A stretch of 64,000 bases of DNA from positions 1-64,000 of IMG/VR virus record IMGVR_UViG_3300028558_000791. One strand, 5' to 3'. The position numbers were made by a program, and so were the translations under genes. The notes under the pieces are model-generated. The model made no database searches. It saw only the letters and a program-made list of their open reading frames with translations, and had not been told where the DNA came from. Below, piece by piece: positions 39,316 to 45,697 of the stretch. Position 1 is the first letter of the stretch, and each line of letters begins with the position of its first letter.

Positions 39316-39871
39316 AAAAAGTTTTAGTCCTCAATTTGAAAGAGACTACACTTTTTATCTGTCTAATAAAGATAACTTCACATTTGCTGGTTCAGATCTA
39401 AAATTACAATATCGTATTCAGTTTCCAGGAGAACCGGAACCAATTGGTAAGGATGAAGGGGGAAAGGACATTAATGTTCCATTCTCTATTCCTTACTCAG
39501 CAACTGGTAAAACTGCCAAGGTATGTTTCTATTCGCTAGATAGCGAAGGTAAATGTAAACCTTGTGCAGAACCGCAACTTCTAGTAGAAATTCTCACTTG
39601 TAAGGCCGCAATCAATCTACAGATTAAGATTTGGTCACAGAGTCGAGCCGAGTATACTTTATCCAAGATTGAGTTACAAGAATATCTTGATCACTATCAA
39701 GCTCCTGAATGGGTTTTCAAAGCGATTGAGAATCAAAAACTTAAGATTTTGAAGGAATGGAGCGCCGAAAAGCTTTATAAATCCGACTATTACAAGCGGG
39801 CTTATGAGCTTCATATGGGCGAATTTTTAGAAGAGATGCGTGGTTCCGGTGTTATATTAGATCCGAAATGA
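39299..39871 (+). CDS. Hypothetical protein
   Basis: Packed ORF. Confidence 0.55.
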   Translation: MSRRGKKSFSPQFERDYTFYLSNKDNFTFAGSDLKLQYRIQFPGEPEPIGKDEGGKDINVPFSIPYSATGKTAKVCFYSLDSEGKCKPCAEPQLLVEILTCKAAINLQIKIWSQSRAEYTLSKIELQEYLDHYQAPEWVFKAIENQKLKILKEWSAEKLYKSDYYKRAYELHMGEFLEEMRGSGVILDPK

Positions 39872-39893
39872 TCAAACACTGATTAGGAACATA

Positions 39894-40595
39894 ATGACCA
39901 AGGAAAACTTTACATCTATCAACGTAATCATCGACGCATCTGGCTCGATGTCTCACCTCACCCATGACACCATCGGGAACTTTAATACCTTCTTGCAAGA
40001 GCAAAAGGCATTCCCCGGTGAAGCTGTCTTCACTCTTTGTACTTTCAATACTGATTATCACTTGGTCCATGACTTCGTGAAGATTGCTGGTGTCCCTAGC
40101 TTGGATGCTAAGACCTATGTTCCACAAGGTGGAACCGCTTTGTTAGATGCTATGGGATCAACTATTGATTCTGTTGGTAAGAAGTTGGCCGCATTACCAG
40201 AAGAGGAACGTCCTTCTAAGGTTATTTTCCTCATCATCACTGATGGTCATGAAAACTCCAGTCGTCGTTTTGATGCGGCTCAAGTTAAGTCTATGGTCGA
40301 ACATCAGAAGGATACTTATAGTTGGGAGTTCGTATTCATGGGCGCTAACATTGATGCTATCTCTGCCGGCACCAACCTTGGTATCTCTATGCAGAACACT
40401 CTCAACTACGTTCCAAGTGCCGCTGGTACCGAGAATTTGTACAAGAGTATCAGTTCTAACGTAAGCAGCTATCGTGGCTCCAACTCTTCTAGAGTTGACT
40501 TTTTCAATCAGACTCAACAGGGCGTTGGCTCAGTTACTCCTCCAGTCGTAGTTACAACTACCACTACGGTAACTCCTCCAAAGACCTCAAAGTAA
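39894..40595 (+). CDS. von Willebrand factor A domain protein
   Basis: IIDASGSM, GGTALLDA, ITDGHENSS. Confidence 0.88.
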   Translation: MTKENFTSINVIIDASGSMSHLTHDTIGNFNTFLQEQKAFPGEAVFTLCTFNTDYHLVHDFVKIAGVPSLDAKTYVPQGGTALLDAMGSTIDSVGKKLAALPEEERPSKVIFLIITDGHENSSRRFDAAQVKSMVEHQKDTYSWEFVFMGANIDAISAGTNLGISMQNTLNYVPSAAGTENLYKSISSNVSSYRGSNSSRVDFFNQTQQGVGSVTPPVVVTTTTTVTPPKTSK

Positions 40596-40599
40596 TATC

Positions 40600-40806
40600 A
40601 TGTGTGCCGTTTCAGTTATCTATGACATGTTTGGTGGACAACCAGACGATTGGTATACGCTGGAACGTATTGATCTTTTCAAACGTATGGTGGCTGATGC
40701 TCGACTCTTCGATGAGGAGTCGGGCCAGCCCGATTGCGAAGACCCTGAAAAAACTAAAGTTACTGAACGCATTGAAAAAATCGAAGAAGAACTAGAGCAG
40801 AAGTAA
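40600..40806 (+). CDS. Hypothetical phage protein
   Basis: MCAVSVIYD...QPDCEDPEK. Confidence 0.55.
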   Translation: MCAVSVIYDMFGGQPDDWYTLERIDLFKRMVADARLFDEESGQPDCEDPEKTKVTERIEKIEEELEQK

Positions 40807-40807
40807 A

Positions 40808-41416
40808 ATGACTAAAGCATTATATGTTGGTAGTTTCGACCCTATCACCAACGGTCATATTGATATTATGAAGCGTAGCTTACAGTTCTGTAAGCAACTG
40901 GTGATTGGGATAGGTATCAATCCTAACAAGACTACTATGTTTGATGAGCGGGAGAGGAACTCCATGATTTTTCAAACGATAGTGAAGGAGTTTGACTTCC
41001 TTCATTCAACCAATACTTCGGTTGCTTCTTTTCAGGGACTTACAGTAGAGTATGCTAAAGAAATTGGTGCAACGATTCTAATTCGCGGAATTAGATCCGT
41101 TTCTGATTTCGAATATGAAATTAATTTGGCCAACATCAACAAGGTTCTGGCCCCATCAATTGAAACAATTTTCCTGCCCACCAGTCCTGATCTGGCGGTT
41201 GTCTCCTCTTCAATGGTAAAAGAAATTGCAAAGTTGAACGGAGATATTTCAAGATTCGTACCCAGCTATATTGCCGAGAGGATTCATTCAAAATTCGGTT
41301 TCTTCAAGCATGGCAAGACAGAGATTGGCACTGATACTATCAATAGATTACGAGAAGCTACAGTAGCTATTGAGAAAGAATTGGGAATCAAACCAAAAGA
41401 TGAGGGCGAAAAATAA
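40808..41416 (+). CDS. coaD: Phosphopantetheine adenylyltransferase
   Basis: GSFDPITNGH, IRGIRSVSDFEYE, VSSSMVKEIA. Confidence 0.92.
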   Translation: MTKALYVGSFDPITNGHIDIMKRSLQFCKQLVIGIGINPNKTTMFDERERNSMIFQTIVKEFDFLHSTNTSVASFQGLTVEYAKEIGATILIRGIRSVSDFEYEINLANINKVLAPSIETIFLPTSPDLAVVSSSMVKEIAKLNGDISRFVPSYIAERIHSKFGFFKHGKTEIGTDTINRLREATVAIEKELGIKPKDEGEK

Positions 41417-41430
41417 AAATTAGCGACGGG

Positions 41431-41458
41431 TTGACGAGCTAATTTTTAAGACTACAAT
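41431..41458 (+). promoter_or_regulatory. sigma70-like promoter of the RNA cluster
   Basis: TTGACG-N16-TACAAT. Confidence 0.55.
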
Positions 41459-41561
41459 GTTCGTTACTTCGGAGGCGCAAACCAAAGAATAATCAAAAAA
41501 GAATAGTGTGATAAAAATCTAGGCATAGCGTGATATAATACATACGATTCACCATTTTCAT

Positions 41562-41644
41562 GGGGGAGTAGCTCAGCGAAAGAGCGCAAGGATACCGTAA
41601 GGAAAACCTTGAGGTCCCTGGTTCAATTCCAGGCTCCCCCACCA
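41562..41644 (+). ncRNA. tRNA-like RNA with 15-nt anticodon loop
   Basis: Intact acceptor, D and T arms plus ACCA; CAAGG-ATACCGTAAGGAAAA-CCTTG. Confidence 0.85.
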
Positions 41645-41708
41645 TTTCAGTAGTTGTCTGAAAGTTTACCAAAGCATTAGCCTGGTATTACAATCAAAAC
41701 AACATTAT

Positions 41709-41784
41709 GGGACTGTAGCTCAGTGTTAGAGCGTCGGATTAAAAACCCGAAGGTCGCAGGTTCAACTCCTCGCCAGTCCCACCA
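41709..41784 (+). tRNA. Atypical tRNA, anticodon AAA (Phe)
   Basis: GGGACTG/CAGTCCC plus ACCA; loop TTAAAAA; bulged T stem. Confidence 0.7.
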
Positions 41785-41790
41785 TCTAAT

Positions 41791-41877
41791 CCCTCGTAAT
41801 TGGATCCGTGGGAGGATCTCCGGTCTGTAAAACCGGCGCCAATGTGCTAGGTAGTTCGATTCTACTGCGGGGGACCA
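41791..41877 (+). tRNA. 8/4-fold tRNA (allo-tRNA/Sec-like), anticodon GTA
   Basis: 8-bp acceptor CCCTCGTA/TGCGGGGG, 4-bp T stem, 6-bp D stem, CCGGT-CTGTAAA-ACCGG. Confidence 0.75.
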
Positions 41878-41967
41878 AACTGTAAGAGGAGCTTCGGCTC
41901 CAGTATTTATGCGGTACAAACCAACTAAGTATTTACAGTCTGTTCAATGACAACTTAATATTTGTTT

Positions 41968-42044
41968 CGGGGACTGGCTCAACCTGGTAGAGCGTCTGTT
42001 TTGGGTACAGAAGGTTGCGAGTTCAAATCTCGCGTCCCCGACCA
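41968..42044 (+). tRNA. tRNA-Pro(TGG)
   Basis: Canonical cloverleaf, C1-G72, A73. Confidence 0.95.
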
Positions 42045-42047
42045 TAT

Positions 42048-42081
42048 CCTTCTTTTTGGGTTAAACCGAAGAGAGGGGCCA
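42048..42081 (+). ncRNA. Minihelix: 12-bp hairpin plus G-CCA
   Basis: CCTTCTTTTTGG-GTTAAA-CCGAAGAGAGGG-G-CCA. Confidence 0.6.
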
Positions 42082-42084
42082 TAA

Positions 42085-42159
42085 GCCTCTGTAGCTCAAG
42101 AAACAGAGCGTCGTCCGTTGAGGACGATGATGTAGGTGTAAAGCCTACTGGAGGCTCCA
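42085..42159 (+). tRNA. Atypical tRNA (loop CG-TTG-AG, T-loop TGTAAAG)
   Basis: All four stems pair; G33; T-CCA end. Confidence 0.7.
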
Positions 42160-42168
42160 TGTTACTAT

Positions 42169-42245
42169 GCCACTACTAGCTCAATTGGTTAGAGCACTGG
42201 ATTGTGGATCCGGGGGTTTCGGTTCGATTCCGAAGTTTGGTACCA
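42169..42245 (+). tRNA. tRNA-His(GTG)-like, imperfect acceptor
   Basis: CTGGA-TTGTGGA-TCCGG; lacks C73. Confidence 0.75.
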
Positions 42246-42353
42246 TGACGAATGTCCGAGTAGGATTACATTTTTATGCAAAAAAACCGATGGGGTTCGA
42301 TTCCCCTTTAGGGCTGGCGCCAGGCAAAACATCTTATTCATTTCTTGTCGTCA
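42246..42353 (+). ncRNA. Y RNA-like 1 (T-arm cargo)
   Basis: TGACGA-ATG..GAGTAGGAT-TACA / ATCTTATTC..TTG-TCGTCA; internal GGGG-TTCGATT-CCCC. Confidence 0.8.
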
Positions 42354-42355
42354 AT

Positions 42356-42432
42356 CAGAGAATGTTGTTTAATGGTTAGCATCCGTGCCCTGGAAGCATG
42401 TGGTCCCGGTTCGAATCCGGGTTCTCTGACCA
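42356..42432 (+). tRNA. tRNA-Pro(TGG), atypical loop
   Basis: CAGAGAA/TTCTCTG plus ACCA; CGTGC-CCTGGAA-GCATG. Confidence 0.75.
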
Positions 42433-42503
42433 ATGCCAGTATATCTGGAAACTAATGAAGAACATTATTGGTAGTTCTGTTCTCGATGAAGTTTCTTGCT
42501 GGT

Positions 42504-42619
42504 CATACCGAATGAGCTTTAAGAGCTACTCAGTCTTAATAAATAAGTGCATGGGATAGCTACCTTAAAAATAACCGTTATAGTTAAGGCTCATAAGGAA
42601 ACACAATTTTGTCGGTATG
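42504..42619 (+). ncRNA. Y RNA-like 2 (divergent)
   Basis: CATACCGA-ATG / TTTTG-TCGGTATG; second helix GAGCTTTAA/TTAAGGCTC; lacks GGATTACA. Confidence 0.6.
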
Positions 42620-42623
42620 TTTT

Positions 42624-42724
42624 TGGGATACATTAAGTTGGTAATCATTACGATTCTGGTTCGAGTGGTAGGAACACAAATCGGAAACGTAAGTGAGAAG
42701 GTTCGAATCCTTCTGTCCTGACCA
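42624..42724 (+). ncRNA. tRNA-like RNA with long replaced anticodon arm
   Basis: TGGGATA/TGTCCTG plus ACCA; GAAGG-TTCGAAT-CCTTC; arm TTAC-GATT..AATC..GTAA. Confidence 0.7.
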
Positions 42725-42727
42725 AAT

Positions 42728-42801
42728 GACTTTGTGGACAAATTATTAAGTCACTCCCGTTAGAGGGAGAGATGTAAGTGCAAGGCTTGCCAAGGTCACC
42801 A
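42728..42801 (+). ncRNA. tRNA-like RNA with 6-nt anticodon loop (GTTAGA)
   Basis: GACTTTG/CAAGGTC plus ACCA; CTCCC/GGGAG; T-loop TGCAAGG. Confidence 0.7.
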
Positions 42802-42802
42802 T

Positions 42803-43019
42803 GTAACAAATGCCCCGAGAGGATTACATTCATTAGGAGAACGAGGTCGTGGGTCCGAGTCCCACCACTGCTACCATCCCAAAGCACGTCATTAAATTGA
42901 AGGGACACTCGAAAGAGTGATGTTGCCTGACTTACTTAGCGAAAGCTATCTAAGTCCTCATAGCAGTGTAGCTCAGTTGGCAGAGCGCGAAAAACATCTT
43001 TTCAAATTTTTGTTGTTAC
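42803..43019 (+). ncRNA. Y RNA-like 3 containing a circularly permuted tRNA with internal CCA
   Basis: GTAACAA-ATG..GAGAGGAT-TACA / ATCTTTTC..TTG-TTGTTAC; T arm plus CACTGCT-A-CCA precedes AGCAGTG plus D arm. Confidence 0.85.
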
Positions 43020-43022
43020 TAT

Positions 43023-43056
43023 CTCCGCTGTAGGGTCAAACCTAAAGCGGGGACCA
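43023..43056 (+). ncRNA. Minihelix: 12-position hairpin plus A-CCA
   Basis: CTCCGCTGTAGG-GTCAAA-CCTAAAGCGGGG-A-CCA. Confidence 0.6.
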
Positions 43057-43348
43057 AAAGACCAATCGTATCGGTCTTTATGAGAGAGATACATTCCTCT
43101 CAAAAGCATCTAGTGGTCGTCCGTTATCACTGGAGCTAAATAGTTAGCGGGCAGTATTCAGGGTTTGCTCCAGCCGAATTATGAATACTATTATTGAGAT
43201 TAAATTTGTTGGGGGCGTATTCGGTTGCGCTTGATATTCCGAAACTCTAATGGGAGTGAATATAGTTCCATTGTAACACTCAGCTATAACGATTAAGTAA
43301 CTCAGAGTGTTGCGCTTTACTAGCAATAACAATGCATAGTATATGTAT

Positions 43349-43422
43349 TCCGAGGTCGTTCAACGGTAGGACGGGTCGCTGTTAACGACTCTATATTGGT
43401 TCGATTCCAGTCCTCGGAGCCA
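43349..43422 (+). tRNA. tRNA-Asn(GTT)
   Basis: Canonical; G73-CCA. Confidence 0.95.
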
Positions 43423-43428
43423 GAATAT

Positions 43429-43515
43429 TCTGTGGTAGCCTAATGGTAAGGCAGGTGGCTGTTAACCACCCGGTGGTAAAACACTTTCTAGGTTCGAGTC
43501 CTAGCTGCAGAGCCA
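43429..43515 (+). tRNA. tRNA-Asn(GTT) with long variable arm
   Basis: GGTGG-CTGTTAA-CCACC; V-arm GGTG-GTAAAA-CACT. Confidence 0.85.
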
Positions 43516-43624
43516 AATAATACGGGGATTGATTAGACCGAAATGATCCGTATTAGCTGTTATGTTTGGTCAATTCTGCATAACGACAGAAGCTATGTCC
43601 AGTAAAATGGAGTCGTCTTCTGAA

Positions 43625-43880
43625 GATGAATGCCGATAAGGATTACACTAATACAACCGAGCCTCACGCCGTAGAATGCCCGCAAGGATTTCATTCCACA
43701 AATACCGGGTGGCTCACATCTCCCACTACATTACAAGAGATGATGAAAATTAAACTGAGATGTCTGACAAGCCTGCCTACCAGTTAGAGTAACAGGCTCA
43801 GTGGTGTAACTGATAATACACTGTGATTACTTGTTTACTTGTAAACAAAATAATTGCTATCTTTATCAACTTTAGTCATC
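43625..43880 (+). ncRNA. Y RNA-like 4 (large unknown cargo)
   Basis: GATGA-ATG..GATAAGGAT-TACA / ATCTTTATC..TAG-TCATC. Confidence 0.7.
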
Positions 43881-43887
43881 AAAATAT

Positions 43888-43962
43888 TCTGCTCTAGTGT
43901 AATTAGCACGGCGATCTCTTTGTAGGTCGAGGGTCATGGTTTAAGTCCATGGGGCGGAGCCA
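43888..43962 (+). ncRNA. tRNA-like RNA (Gln-like T1-A72, G73) with irregular anticodon arm
   Basis: TCTGCTC/GGGCGGA plus GCCA; CGATCT-CTTTGT-AGGTCG. Confidence 0.65.
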
Positions 43963-43982
43963 AAGCAAATCATGAGAAAGCA

Positions 43983-44411
43983 ATGTTTACTTCAACCGGA
44001 ATCCTTCAATATGATCCTGGTCAGGGTCTAAAACATTTCGATCCATGGTGGGCTCTTCTAGCCTGTGACGATGAAGTATCTAGGTATTATGCCTGGTTAC
44101 TAAAGAGACACGGAGTAGAAGTCTACCCTAACGATAAAGGGTTGTGGGGAACACACGTTTCAGTTTTGAAAGGTGCCGTCCCTCCCAATCAAGATAAGTG
44201 GGGCAAGTATCAAGACTTCGAAGTAGAAATCCATCTCAATCATCTTGTCCGTTATGATAACGGGAAACATGCTTGGGTAGATGTATACTCAGAAGATTTA
44301 TCAGCAATCCGACAGGAGTTAGGCTTCGATGCCAAGCCCTGGTACCATCTGACAATTGGTAGGTTGGTGAGACCATTTGATGTGGACTTTACCAAATATG
44401 GCATAACCTGA
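43983..44411 (+). CDS. 2H phosphoesterase family protein
   Basis: Two HxS/T motifs (THVSV, YHLTI) about 65 aa apart. Confidence 0.7.
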   Translation: MFTSTGILQYDPGQGLKHFDPWWALLACDDEVSRYYAWLLKRHGVEVYPNDKGLWGTHVSVLKGAVPPNQDKWGKYQDFEVEIHLNHLVRYDNGKHAWVDVYSEDLSAIRQELGFDAKPWYHLTIGRLVRPFDVDFTKYGIT

Positions 44412-44427
44412 TATATAATCAGCACAT

Positions 44428-44502
44428 ACCCTCGTACGCATCGGGTGAGGCGGGAAGCTTGTCAAGCTTTTGAGGGCGGTTCGAGTCCGCTCGGGGGTGC
44501 CA
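44428..44502 (+). tRNA. tRNA-Asp(GTC)
   Basis: GAAGC-TTGTCAA-GCTTT; G73-CCA. Confidence 0.85.
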
Positions 44503-44569
44503 AAGTCAAATGCCTTGATAGGATTACATTTTACCAAAAGAAAACATCTTATCTACTTTTTGTTGACTT
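44503..44569 (+). ncRNA. Y RNA-like 5 (minimal, stem only)
   Basis: AAGTCAA-ATG..GATAGGAT-TACA / AAAC-ATCTTATC..TTG-TTGACTT. Confidence 0.8.
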
Positions 44570-44572
44570 TTT

Positions 44573-44666
44573 CGATCACGCGTAGCTGGTTGCTCGGGCG
44601 AGACTTATAATCTTGCAAGGACTGATATTCCGTAACGGCAGGGTTCGATTCCCTGGTGATCGACCA
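44573..44666 (+). tRNA. Atypical tRNA-Ile(TAT), 6-bp anticodon stem, long variable region
   Basis: CGATCAC/GTGATCG plus ACCA; GCGAGA-CTTATAA-TCTTGC. Confidence 0.75.
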
Positions 44667-44669
44667 TAT

Positions 44670-44746
44670 GGCACTGTAGCCCAAAGGCAGGAGGCACCTG
44701 ACTTAAAATCAGTTCAGTGTGGGTTCAAATCCCACCAGTGCTACCA
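44670..44746 (+). tRNA. tRNA-Leu(TAA) with short variable loop
   Basis: CTGA-CTTAAAA-TCAG; no type II arm. Confidence 0.85.
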
Positions 44747-44765
44747 ATAAAGATATAGTTAATAT

Positions 44766-44841
44766 GGAACTTGAGCAAGTATGGTTATTGCATCGGTCTG
44801 AAAAGCCGACAAACGGGGTTCGATCCCCCGAGGTTCCACCA
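44766..44841 (+). tRNA. tRNA-Phe(GAA)
   Basis: TCGGT-CTGAAAA-GCCGA; ACCA. Confidence 0.9.
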
Positions 44842-44842
44842 A

Positions 44843-45193
44843 ATGAGAATTGTTCAAAAGCCTTGGGGCCATGAAGAAATCTGGGCAGAAACTCCCAACT
44901 ATGTTGGAAAAGTTCTCTCAATCAATCCTGGTCACAGACTCTCAAGACAATATCATAATCTCAAAGAAGAAACATTCAGAGTTCTTTTTGGGACGTTGAC
45001 GCTAGAAATAGGTGAGGGTGACGATATAGTTACTCACGTATTAACGGCAGGTCAAACTTTTCACTGTCCTCCAAAGACAGTTCATAGAATGATTTGCCAA
45101 CGAGTTATCAACTATGCACCAGTAAATGTATTGGAAGTATCAACCAATCATTTAGATGATGTAGTAAGATTAGAAGACGATTATAAAAGATAA
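44843..45193 (+). CDS. Cupin domain protein (mannose-6-phosphate isomerase C-terminal-like)
   Basis: KPWG, LSRQYH..KEE, HR, DDVVRLEDDY. Confidence 0.85.
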   Translation: MRIVQKPWGHEEIWAETPNYVGKVLSINPGHRLSRQYHNLKEETFRVLFGTLTLEIGEGDDIVTHVLTAGQTFHCPPKTVHRMICQRVINYAPVNVLEVSTNHLDDVVRLEDDYKR

Positions 45194-45270
45194 CGTGCTA
45201 TAGCTCAGTTGGTTAGAGTGCCTCTCTGATAAGGAGGAAGTCCCAGGTTCGAATCCCGGTAGCACGACCA
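45194..45270 (+). tRNA. tRNA-Ile(GAT)
   Basis: Canonical cloverleaf. Confidence 0.92.
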
Positions 45271-45481
45271 GTAACGAATGCAGTTAGGATTACATCCATA
45301 ACGACCTTAAAGTAGTTGACAGAGCCGCGAGGCGCTGAATCGATGGCAACAAAACGATCACCAGGTAATGCTGAGGTCCATCAGACTCTTGAGTCGAAGT
45401 TGCGGGGCGAACGGGAAGTATCTCGAAAGAGACTTTCAATGTGCCGGTCACACCCAGTATCTTAGCAATTTTTGTCGTTAT
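45271..45481 (+). ncRNA. Y RNA-like 6 (large unknown cargo)
   Basis: GTAACGA-ATG..GTTAGGAT-TACA / ATCTTAGC..TTG-TCGTTAT. Confidence 0.78.
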
Positions 45482-45485
45482 ACAT

Positions 45486-45561
45486 GGGACGGTAGCTCAG
45501 TGGTTAGAGCGCAACGCTGATAACGTTGAAGTCGATGGTTCGATTCCATCTCGTCCTACCA
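45486..45561 (+). tRNA. tRNA-Ile(GAT)
   Basis: Canonical cloverleaf. Confidence 0.95.
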
Positions 45562-45697
45562 ATGGCAAGCCATTAAAGCCCTTCCTTCTATAATTAATTG
45601 ATAAAACAGGACTTTTGCTTTCTTGCCAGATGATATTACATTTATGGCCCCACGCTTTAGTGGGTCACCATAAATAATAAATGAAGGTCGCACCTTC

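Noticed and set aside
42803-43019. Permuted (two-piece) tmRNA
   Set aside because: It has a full D stem, no G3-U70 and no tag ORF, and its ends form the shared Y-like stem.
41677-43332. ORF-track entries in the RNA cluster (41677, 42167, 42648, 43144; also 49336, 49525, 51421, 56870, 62256)
   Set aside because: They overlap tRNA, ncRNA or rnpB genes or structured spacers and show no protein features.
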